A DNA stretch of 64,000 nt from Tubiluchus corallicola. Lineage: Eukaryota; Animalia; Priapulida. The notes under the pieces were generated by a model. The model made no database searches and had not been told where the DNA came from. It was given only the letters and a program-made list of their open reading frames with translations. A program made the position numbers and the translations under genes. The stretch's first letter is position 1; every line of letters starts with the position of its first letter. Of this stretch, positions 1 through 10,593 are shown in pieces. The stretch is from assembly GCA_030141605.1 (NCBI GenBank), contig JAQGDQ010000214.1, positions 62,001-126,000 of the forward strand. Direction: 5' to 3'.

Positions 1-527
1 CGTGTAGAAACAGAGAAAAAAGCATCTGCCCAGTCTAAATCCATACCCTGATGCGGACCACTTGTCAGGATGCATAAAACACCGCCGGGTTTTAAAACTT
101 TGTGAACATTTTGCAAGGTGCTTTTCATCAAATGATAGCCGTCACCGGTGGCGTTTTCGTCGTAAAGATGATGCATGACCATGTTGGTCGTAGCTGCATC
201 AAATGTATTCTCTGGAAATGGTAGATTGGGTAGCACCTCATGCACGCTGTTGACAATCTGACCTTTATCAAAATAATTTTTTAATTTTTCTTGAGCACAT
301 TTCAGCATTTCACTGTTGCCATCTAGCAGCGTTACCTTGCCAACGCCGTTGTCCAAGAAAATCTTTGCGTAATTACCAGTGCCGCAGCCAATGTCCAAAA
401 GGTGCCATTCGGATGGAGGCTTTTCCAGTTCCACGAACATGTATCCCAACTCGAGCTTAGCGCCAATGGGAAATCTGACAGTGTCATACTTTTGATGAAT
501 GAAGTCGTAATCAGCGTAAAGACTCAT
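1..527 (-). CDS. Class I SAM-dependent methyltransferase (Methyltransf_11/25-like), 5' part; continues beyond the left edge
   Basis: Manual translation from ATG 527: MSLYADYDFIHQKYDTVRFPIG...HLLDIGCGTGNYAKIFLDNGVGKVTLLDGNSEMLKCAQEK...LPFPENTFDAATTNMVMHHL...LQNVHKVLKPGGVLCILT. It shows motif I (LDIGCGTG), post-I acidic D, motif II (LPF...FD) and motif III (LKPGG). The frame is open to the window edge and is missing from the ORF track because it has no stop in the window. Confidence 0.9.
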   Translation of the reverse strand, partial: MSLYADYDFIHQKYDTVRFPIGAKLELGYMFVELEKPPSEWHLLDIGCGTGNYAKIFLDNGVGKVTLLDGNSEMLKCAQEKLKNYFDKGQIVNSVHEVLPNLPFPENTFDAATTNMVMHHLYDENATGDGYHLMKSTLQNVHKVLKPGGVLCILTSGPHQGMDLDWADAFFSVST

Positions 528-2739
528 GATGCTGAATATGTAACTAAAAAAACAAAAACTTTTTAAATTTCACAGGCTTACAGATAAAATTCTTGAATAT
601 CAGTTAATGCTGGTTAAACTGAGACTTAAGATTGGATAAATGTTTCGACTTGATCGTAGAGGTACATACAGAATATAACAACATTTGCTCAGACAGCTAG
701 GGCGGTCAAACAGGTTCTACAAAGTTATGTCAATACCGTCAGGGTTGAATTATATTTACTATGTCAGATCCGGGGCTATACTGACAAATGCGCAGTTAAA
801 TGTACTACCTCAAAAATGCACCTAGATGATAAACTAGAACAAGCTCAACGTAAAATTCAGCTCAGATCATTCCCTGATGTATGTACTAATGCTATTTCAT
901 CAAAACATGGTAGTTTGTGACTATGTAGTTTTAGTAGTCCAGCAACATAATATTACCAACCAACGTTAGACAGAGTAAATGTGCCCTTGCATGACTTGCC
1001 ATACAGTTGTAATTACTTTCACAATAAGAATGCGAGCTCTCTCCAAAAAGTGGAAATTTGCCACAGTATGTTATTAAGATCAAGATCCCTACATATTGTT
1101 TTACTCGATAGGCATGATTAATTGATTACAGCGAAAATCGCTGGAAAATAACTTGGTATCATAAAGCTGTTTAACGCGACACAGTCTCATAGAAGTTTTA
1201 TGACTGGTGAGCAACTTTGTGGACACAGGGAGCGGTATTTATGACACCCGTGCCCTTGAAACTATTCCGGCCTTGACAGATTATTGTCATCGCTTACTAA
1301 ATTTCGATGTCATGCTAATTCTTTAAGAGATATGATTTTTGCGCGTCTGAGTTTTAATTCGTTGCGTTAGAGTTAGTATGCGGGGATTTTTAAAGGGTCC
1401 AGATTTTGTCCGAGTCATTCGATATCTGTAAAAGCGTATATTTAGACACCAAAATCATTATCATGTCTGCTCTGATAGCTAAGGTATAGCCCTTATAGGC
1501 TAGCAACAGCTATATTGTAGGCTATTTGGAAAATTGCGATCTACTTGGACGAATTTCGATTGACTCCATAACCATAATTAATCCTGTTTAATGAGCTCTA
1601 GCTCTGTGCACAGTTTCATTCTTTTGAATCAAAATGATCATTTCTTCGCCGTTCTGGCAGACTAAATACCCATTCAGTTTTATAAAATGGCGGTCATCTT
1701 TTTGCCATCATAATCAGCTTTTGCAGTGCTGAAATTTCGGCTTATTTTGGATATGTTTTTTTCTGGACCAAATACTACAAGAAACACAAAACGTTTTCTT
1801 ACAATTTTTGGGGTGGGACTATTTTTTTCCATTACCCTGACACTACTAAATAATTATGAGCTTTTTCCTTTGCAGGGATTAACTGTTTGAGATCCAAGCC
1901 AACTAGGTGGTTAGTTTAAACATAATTTATTGTAGGAGAGGATCAGCTAGTTAAAAAACATGATTTAGGATCCTCATCACAACAAACTATTTACACTATT
2001 TACAAAAAAATTACATATACCCACACAAGCTGACAAATTTTACTACAAGATTACCTTACATATTAGTACCAAATGACAGTTAAAAAATATTAATGTACGA
2101 ATATTTAAGACTGGCGCATCTCATATCAGATAGAAATTACTGGAAGTACGAAATATGAAGTCATGTATACAATGGAACATTTTACAATTAACAACATAAT
2201 TAAATTCACTATAACAACTTCAACAGATCATTAGTTCCTGAGACAGTTATATTAAGGTTTTCAGGCACCAGTATGTCATTTAGTTCATCAAACGTAACAA
2301 CCCTAGTTTGCTAACAGTGCGCAGTGCAACAAAAATGTTTAACTGACTCAATTCGAAATCCACAATTACAATTCAGCAATACTGGGTGGCCTTTAGAGAA
2401 AAGGTTGTAGTTTAGCTGAGCTGAGAAAATACGATTCTCATGTTGTATGATGCACATAAATTGGGGGTTTACCAAATGAAAAATGCTTCTTACGCAATGA
2501 AAAACTCGAATAAGTTTTGAGCTCTTGTTTGAAGTGTGAAATGGATGTAATTACACGAATGTTCTGTGATAAGTTCTTCCACATATTAAAAGTTAGTTGT
2601 TATTCTAAATTTCACTTTTTGTTTTCTTTTTTTTGGATGTACTAATATTCAGTACATCGGATTCTATTAGTGTACATCATGCTTTAAAAAAGTTTCCAAT
2701 CATAATAAAATCATCTTCTGTAATCTGCCGTGTTTAAGA

Positions 2740-3140
2740 TGGCAGCGTCTTGGCATCTAATGATGATTACACTGCTCCTGCTTGTTCTGAGAAATCACAT
2801 TTTTGTGACGACTGTTGTCAGTATATATTTTTATTCAGTCACATCATAGATGCTGCAAAATTTCTTCATGCTCTTGATCTTTCAAATATTCCTCTGGGTA
2901 TTAGTGCAAAAGATCTAAATAAACTGCAATTCAATCTTTTTAATAACGAGAAACTTCTTTTACGCAATCATGTAAATAATAACCCAGAACTGAATTTTTA
3001 CAGTAAACTGACTAACCGGATCACAGAAGACCCATTTAATAAAAAAAATCAGTACAAGATTGGAAATAAAGATGACAGCTTTTCTGTCTTTCATGACAAA
3101 CCGGTGAAGGGTGGTGGTTGTTTAGCCCTCTATAGGAGTT
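2740..3140 (+). mobile_element. Degraded CR1/L2-type LINE remnant (start of ORF2 / APE endonuclease region)
   Basis: The ORF 2750-3142 contains NPELNF, FSVFH and KGGGCLALY. These resemble the DPDxNF / FSxxHxN / GGGVxxY motifs at the start of CR1/L2 ORF2, with the intervening sequence apparently deleted. Confidence 0.4.
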
Positions 3141-4455
3141 AAAATCATGACTTCCCATGCAAGGGAGAGGCGGACGTGCTTGCAATAGAACTTGTTTGCT
3201 TGATGAGCTTAAAATTGGTCAGTTCATTTAAAATGCTTAGATTCATTTATAATTTTAAAAACTTAAATTTCTAACGCCACTAAAGACTGCCTACTCGATT
3301 CCTCTTAATAAACCAGATATTACGTAAGCTTGCGTCTGCTAAAGTCAAATCAATGCCCGCTAATGGACTAAATTAATCAGGCATAAATCCATAAACTTGT
3401 TGTTAGTGGTTTACCTGCACCACTGCATGAAACGTTTGAAAATGGAAAATTTGATTGCGTACCAGTCTATAAGGAGAATGGTAGTGCATTCGCCGGTTTG
3501 GATTGATTAATAGGTAACTTCTAGTAAAGGTTGTATCAAAAGGAAGCCAGGTGGTGATTGATCATGTTGTGATTACATATAAGTAGAAGGTAGGTAACAT
3601 TAAAATTTTTAGTAATTATACTCCATAATATTTGTATTTTTTTCAGAGTAATAAATTGTCAGTTATAGTTCTACAACTATTACTACCTTCGTTAGATTTG
3701 TAAGCAAGCCTAGGCCTAAGCTAATGTCATCGTCTCGGAACTGAATAATGTTACGCTTGTAACATTACATGTAAATATTTTAACAAAATGTGAAGCACGT
3801 TAAAAGCAATTCATGGCAATTGTTTTATTACAATCTCAAAGACTTCAAGTTAGATCCAAGTAAGTCTCAAGTAAAACTTTCTTGGTCTTGTGATAGTGTT
3901 GAACTGAATTACCTAAAGCTGTAGATGTTGACTGTAGGGAATTTACATTAGAAAAAACTGGGAAATAAGAGAAATGGCGTCGTTGTTTCAACAGTACATT
4001 TCTGTATTCTGGAACGCGGTTTTTTAATTATCTGTGTTGATCATCAAGTTTAAGCGTCAACTAAGCCTACGCAGCTTACTTCGTGAGCCATTTTGTCTAT
4101 TCATCATTTAATTTCATGTTTTCGCTAACATTTGCTATAATCTGATGTCTCCATGCTACCTATTGTGAATGAACAGCTGAATCTTTTTCATTTTTCTTTC
4201 GTGATTTTATTCTTCACTGTGACTTGACGTTTGTTGAAAAGCTGGCGCTAGTACATGCAGTGAGGTGTTTTCATACTTCTGTGTTTCGTTTTCTTCAGTT
4301 ATCTCAAAGTTTACGTTTTGTTTTTCCCTTTGCACGCAAATGCTAAATAATGAAATTGGTTGCCTAGTACGTATAATGGTCTGTAGTTCGTAGTTATTTG
4401 AGCTACAAATTGGTCCACTCGGAGCCTTAAAACTGACTATACAACTGACGATTCC

Positions 4456-4830
4456 ATGTATGTATGTATGTATGTATGTATGTATGTATGTATGTATGTA
4501 TGTATGTATGTATGTATGTATGTATGTATGTATGTATGTATGTATGTATGTATGTATGTATGTATGTATGTATGTATGTATGTATGTATGTATGTATGTA
4601 TGTATGTATGTATGTATGTATGTATGTATGTATGTATGTATGTATGTATGTATGTATGTATGTATGTATGTATGTATGTATGTATGTATGTATGTATGTA
4701 TGTATGTATGTATGTATGTATGTATGTATGTATGTATGTATGTATGTATGTATGTATGTATGTATGTATGTATGTATGTATGTATGTATGTATGTATGTA
4801 TGCATGTATGTATGTATGCATGTATGTATG
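4456..4830. repeat. (TATG)n tetranucleotide microsatellite, about 94 units
   Basis: Directly visible. It generates the MYVC/HTYI pseudo-ORFs. Confidence 0.99.
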
Positions 4831-5099
4831 TAATTTATTGGCCAATAAAATTATAATAAGATTACCAATTACAAGGTACATGTAAGAAGTTAGTACATAA
4901 CAAGGCATCTTCCTTACTGCTGCATCAGTGACGTCACGTAAATACAAATTGGGTGCATATAAAAAACGTTTAGAAAAATGAAATGCAAGTAGTATTATAG
5001 GCAACAATATTATACAACAATAATGCAAAATAGTTTTATTATGTCTGACTATACATGGGTATTCTACCGTATTCAGGTATAACAAATATTTATGTAGAT

Positions 5100-5830
5100 A
5101 TTCCACTTGCTTTGAAGTATCATTATGTGCAAATATTGATGTCAGGGATGACGTGTCGATGTCTAGGTAGCTGTCTAAGATAAGCGGTTATAGGACAAAC
5201 ACAGAGTAGATGCTTCTCGTCTTGTACCTTACCAGTCCTTGAGCAACTACAGGTTCTAGATTGTCTGGGTAAATATCTCCATCTTCCCGTTTCAATGTGT
5301 AGCCGATGGGCTGATGTAATACTTGATCTAGTTCAAAAGCTGCTGGCCAATTCTGTTATTGCTCTCACACGATTCCAGTAAAGTGGGTTAATGAGCTTAT
5401 GGATAGATATTCTGCTAGCACCAGAGTTTAGACATCTTTGTTTTCTGTCCCTTATGTCAGATATTTCAGAATCAGTTGCCATCATCCTGACATTGCACAA
5501 ATAATCTCCCATTGGAGTTTCTACAGCACATTTCTATCGTATCTATAAGGATGATATGTTTCTAAGGGTTATTGAACATTTAATGAAAAATCTCCCAATA
5601 TAGGCATAAGTCACTTTATGTTCGCTTACGTTCGCCATACGTCTTTACACCTGAGATGAGCACGGATGAAACTCGACGTGTATCATTTGATAACCACGTT
5701 TCGGAGCTGTACATGAGACTAAACACCATGGCAGCCATCAGAACGGTGTATTTTATCCAGACAGGACTATTACTGTTCCTACGTACAAAGGCAGCATATT
5801 TAAGTTCATGCTTCAATTTATCTTTGATTA
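5100..5830 (-). mobile_element. Non-LTR retrotransposon 3' remnant (post-RT region plus C-terminal cysteine/histidine motif)
   Basis: Minus-strand translation gives KYTVLMAAMVFSLMYSSETW (LINE post-RT LxYxxETW motif). Further 3' it gives RWRYLPRQSRTCSCSRTGKVQDEKHLLCVCP (RxCxC...QDExHxLxxCP zinc-knuckle-like end of ORF2). Interrupted by stops and frameshifts. Confidence 0.65.
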
Positions 5831-6152
5831 GTATTTTAAGTATGTGAACGTGTTAGCTCTACTAAAGAACGTAGAACTCTTTTCTCAAATTAAAATGGGA
5901 TGTCATTCAACTAATTTATTTGTTTATGTAATACCCACGCTTGCGCTTACTTATTTAGGCCTATTTTTTATTTGTACTCGCTCAAGTATTTGGAACTCTT
6001 TGCTGCTTTTTCGACTGGGCACCATGCTTTGATTATTCTAGATGAACGTTTTCATTAATGTGGTACGTCTAGAAGACATTTATCCTATATAATGATGGTA
6101 AATTCTGAGTCTTTCCTCGTTTTTCATTTTGTACAAAGGGAATCTAAGAAGG

Positions 6153-9100
6153 ATGTCAACCACAGCATATGCATCTTCTGGAGTGTACGGTGAATCAGCG
6201 GGGACTTACAGGGCTTACCGTCCTATTAAGCCAACAACAAGTAAATTATTACAAAGACGATGGGATCAGATGCAATACGACAAGCACGTTGAAAAGGTTT
6301 GCTATGAAAAATCATTGTTATTGTTGTAGATGATTTTTAAAATAGTTTACAACAATTATGCACACATATAAGGGATAGTTCTAGTTGTTCATACCTTATA
6401 ATACAGTGAGTGCTAATTTTCATTTTACGTAGCTAAGCTTTATTATCATCCGGGTTAGTACGTTTTTAGACAAATTGTGTTACAATAAATTGAACAATAA
6501 GGCATCTAAACCCATCTGGGCGCCAATTGCCAGAATAATACAACAAATTCTTTCTTGCGCGTATGGGCTCTTTAAATTTCAAGAATTATAACGTGCGAAA
6601 GAATTTTTGCTGTTTATTTCAACAGGTTAGATCTGCAGGGCCAAGTGTTGACACAGCACCGCCCCCAACTTATGCTCACTTGCACTTAAACATGAGAAAA
6701 ATGCGGGTAAGTGCAGTCATTACTATTAAAAACAATTTGCTGGCCATTCTGCTACTGGAAACTTCTTTGCAACAATGGTGAAAGCATTTGCCATTTTCCA
6801 TTTAGTGATATCTCCAGTGCTAGGTACTGGGTACTAGTGCTAGTTTACCCCACCCCCTCAATATTACAATTTTCAGGAGGCAAAAGTAGCTCTGTGCTTA
6901 CATTGCGTGTGCAGCAATAATTAAGCAGTGCTGAGCTTGCTTGTAAATGGATGGGTAACCACCGAGAATATAAAGACTGTATATGTTTAAACGGAAATGT
7001 TTACTATTTAGAACGTGAAGGATTATTATGTAGCAGCGTGAGGTAAACAAATATACATGTATTGCCAGCATTTTTTGGAATCACGCTAACAATTTTGTAA
7101 TTGGGCCCCGCCCTTCCTAGCACCAGCCCTGATATATGCAATGTATTGTGGGTATTATTTCACTTTTGTCATTGTGTGAGATCATATTTACATTGTTTTC
7201 ATTTGAACTTGTGTCTTGCTAGTAACGTTTAAACATTAATGGTATAATAAGGCTACACTTGTTAAATTATTAATAATAAACATTCGTCATGCATTAAAGC
7301 TAGAGGAAGAAAGAGCTGCATCCATTGAGCGAGAGAATAAAATGCTACTGAACAAAGTTCAGCGTATCATGCGCTATGGATCAAACCTGGACCATCGAAA
7401 TCCTCACAGGTTAGGCAGGTATGATATTGTGAAATTCTAGTTGTTACTTCTTCATAAGACCGTAGTTTTATTGACAGTCAAGGACGGCAGTTCAGCTGAA
7501 TTTATTCAATGTAAAACACACAAGAAAAGGTCAGGCTTCAACTGATAAAATTTGGTATGTCAAATTGGAGTGTACCTATGTCAGGGAACGACTTACACCG
7601 CTTCTTAAATTTAATAGGCGAGACAATGTGAAGACGCAGAATGCAGAAAGTTTAGAAACATGCTGCTAATTCAACGGGATTCATAAATTCTGTCTGATGC
7701 AGTGCTGCATAAATGAACAACTTTTGGGGAAATCACATTTCTGACACTTGTTGACTTTGTTGAATAATTAAGTTGTAATTCAGAGTTAGAACAACAGCCT
7801 GCAAAGACTGGTTTGAAATTCAGTTCAAAATGGCTCCACAGTCTTACTGCGCGAGTCTTACGTTCAGACTAGCGAGTTTTCTTGTCAAGTAACTTGCAGT
7901 AACTCGAAAGTATATTCACAGTAACTCGCAAGCATGATCAGACTAAAGAGCGTTAACTTGCAGTAACTCGAAAGCATATTCACAGTAACTCGGAAGCATG
8001 ATCAGACTAAAGAGCGTTAACTTGAAGTAACTCTAAAGTATATTCACATTAACTCGCAAGCATGTTCAGACTAAAGAGCGTTAACTTGTAGCAACTGTCG
8101 GAGAATTTGCTAAAACTTGCCGACAGTAACTCGCAGAGCAGTTTCACACTTGCAAGTTTGCTTTCAAAGAGAAAACCGTCATGATAGGAAACTCGCCAGT
8201 CTAAACGCACCGTAACGATTGTTTAGTTCGCACCAGTTTCTGACATGACAGAAAGCCAATAAAAAATCATGTATACAAACGCGCCATACATATAAACAGT
8301 GCAAGGTATCTGTTAATTTTAGTGCACAAAAATGTCATAATTACTTGACTACAGAAATCTACTATACCCACTAAAATGGATACGGTTTTGGTTGGTTAAT
8401 ATGATAAAATTAAAAACAGTACATTACAAGGTTTATGCATTTTTCTCGTCTGTATGGTATCTAAAATGTTCAGAGTGGTTTATGCATTTTTCCCGTGCTG
8501 TATGTTATCTAAAATGTTCAGACTGGTTTATGCATTTTTCCCGTGCTGTATGGTATCTAAAATGTTCAGAGTGGTTTATGCATTTTTCCCATGCTGTATG
8601 GTATCTAAAATGTTCAGACTGGTTTATGCATTTTTCCCATGCTGTATGGTATCTAAAATGTTCAGAGTGGTTTATGCATTTTTCCCATGCTGTATGGTAT
8701 CTAAAATGTTCAGGCTGGTTTATGCATTTTCCCCATGCTGTATGGTATCTAAAATGTTCAGACTGGTTTATGCATTTTTCCCATGCTGTATGGTATCTAA
8801 AATGTTCAGAGTGGTTTATGCATTTTTCCCATGCTGTATGGTATCTAAAATGTTCAGGCTGGTTTATGCATTTTCCCCATGCTGTATGGTATCTAAAATG
8901 TTCAGAGTGGTTTATGCATTTTTCCCATGCTGTATGGTATCTAAAATGTTCAGACTGGTTTATGCATTTTTCTCGTGCTGTATGGTATCTAAAATGTTCA
9001 GAGTGGTTTATGCATTTTTCCCGTGCTGTATGGTATCTAAAATGTTCAGAGTGGTTTATGCATTTTTCCCATGCTGTATGGTATCTAAAATGTTCAGAGT

Positions 9101-10593
9101 GGTTTATGCATTTTTCCCATGCTGTATGGTATCTAAAATGTTCAGACTGGTTTATGCATTTTTCCCATGCTGTATGGTATCTAAAATGTTCAGAGTGGTT
9201 TATGCATTTTTCCCATGCTGTATGGTATCTAAAATGTTCAGAGTGGTTTATGCATTTTTCCCATGCTGTATGGTATCTAAAATGTTCAGGCTGGTTTATG
9301 CATTTTGCCCATGCTGTATGGTATCTAAAATGTTCAGACTGGTTTATGCATTTTCCCCGTGCTGTATGGTATCTAAAATGTTCAGGCTGGTTTATGCGTT
9401 TTGCCCATGCTGTATGGTATCTAAAATGTTCAGACTGGTTTATGCATTTTCCCCGTGCTGTATGGTATCTAAAATGTTCAGGCTTGTTTATGCATTTTGC
9501 CCATGCTGTATGGTATCTAAAATGTTCAGAGTGGTTTATGCATTTTTTTCATGCTGTATGGTATCTAAAATGTTCAGAGTGGTTTATGCATTTTTTTCAT
9601 GCTGTATGGTATCTTGAAAAGCTTTGTAACTCAAGTCAATTTTTTATTGCAGGCACTTAAAAACATTTATAATTAAAACAACACAACTTTATTAAAACTT
9701 TTAATTTACATAGTTAAAAAATCATGTCAAACGTTTCGACAAAGCTACTGCTGTCATCACAAGTGGTAAACTTTTACAAAGATACCACCAGTCTATATAG
9801 GCAGAGCCTACAGTATAGAACCATATACACTAATTGTGTACTTCACAGAAGCCAAATCTGCTTATTCATTACCTATTTGGCTTCTGTTAAATACATAAAT
9901 AGTGCATAATGTTCTATACTGAATGCTCTGCTTACATAAACTGGTTGTATGTACGTAAAAATTTACCGTTGATGCTGATGAGGACATGATTTGCCATGAT
10001 TTTTTAACTATGAAAATTAAAAGTTTTAATTAGGTTGGAGTGTTTTAACTATAAACTTCATAACTATTATTGTCTGTTTTTCTTGTAAGCCAGAAATTAA
10101 ATTTGATTTTTACTTTTGATAGTTTGAACGAGAAAGCTCGCGAACGAGAACTGCGAAAGATCAATTCACAAAACGAGTTTATTCAGAAGCGCATAGTAAA
10201 CCGGCAAGGTCTCATGTCGAAAGAAGACTGGCAGAAGCATTGGGAAAGCTCTGAAAGATACAGAGAAAACATTACTGCTTTTCCTCGGCCAAAAAGAGAT
10301 AGATCTGCACCGAATATTCGTTCTGTAAGTGTTGAAACTAATTTAATTTGGGAACTGCTGCAGTTCCTGCTTTAAGCTACAGCTACAGGGAGTAGGGAGG
10401 ATTGAAATTATTTCATTTTTTTCTTATCATCATGAACAACTGTACTCGAAATGTTCATTTCTTAGCCGACAATGAAATCCTTCCTTATAAATGTTGTTCT
10501 TGTTTCACAGGTTGAATGTATGCATTAATTTTATTTCAGACAAATGGTGCATCAAAGACTACCACCCATCAAGAGTTCTATGACGAATTTTAG
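6153..10593 (+). CDS. CFAP97D2: CFAP97 domain-containing protein (CFAP97D1/D2, KIAA1430/Hemingway family), 5 coding exons, about 199 aa
   Basis: Exons 6153-6296, 6626-6706, 7300-7418, 10123-10324, 10540-10593, all GT-AG and phase-consistent. Spliced protein: ...YRAYRPIKPTTSKLLQRRWDQMQYDKHVEK/VRSAGPSVDTAPPPTYAHLHLNMRKMR/LEEERAASIERENKMLLNKVQRIMRYGSNLDHRN...SLNEKARERELRKINSQNEFIQKRI...WQKHWESSERYRENITAFP. This matches the family pattern as I recall it. The D1 versus D2 assignment and the last exon are less certain. Confidence 0.88.
6921..6981 (+). pseudogene. Degenerate 3' half of 5S rRNA (5S pseudogene or 5S-derived SINE head) in CFAP97D intron 2
   Basis: TTAAGCAGTGCTGAGCTTGCTTGTAAATGGATGGGTAACCACCGAGAATAT...CTGTA aligns by eye with the metazoan 5S 3' half (CTAAGCAGGGTCGGGCCTGGTTAGTACTTGGATGGGAGACCGCCTGGGAATACCGGGTGCTGTA). 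The 5' half is absent. Confidence 0.55.
7847..8212. mobile_element. PIF/Harbinger-like MITE containing three 64-bp tandem units
   Basis: TIRs GTTCAGACTAGCGAGTTTT / AAACTCGCCAGTCTAAAC, flanked by TTA/TAA. A 64-bp periodicity is visible (GACTAAAGAG at 7941, 8005, 8069). The right about 110 bp is the reverse complement of the left end of the element at 45951. Confidence 0.7.
8429..9614. repeat. 48-bp minisatellite, about 24.7 copies, in CFAP97D intron 3
   Basis: Unit GGTTTATGCATTTTTCCCATGCTGTATGGTATCTAAAATGTTCAGAGT with point variants. 16-aa periodicity in the ORF track. Confidence 0.98.

Noticed and set aside
1330-1848. Possible Academ-like DNA transposon ends (...GGCAGACTA, ...GACACTACTA)
   Set aside because: Resemblance only; no matching opposite TIR or TSD found in the window.
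4207-5106. ORFs of 122-299 aa (HTYI / MYVC repeats)
   Set aside because: Translations of the (TATG)n microsatellite; no coding signature.
8392-9660. 422-aa and 387-aa repeat ORFs; possible CRISPR-like array
   Set aside because: Head-to-tail 48-bp units with no unique spacers, inside an intron, with no cas genes. The ORFs follow from a stop-free unit whose length is divisible by 3.
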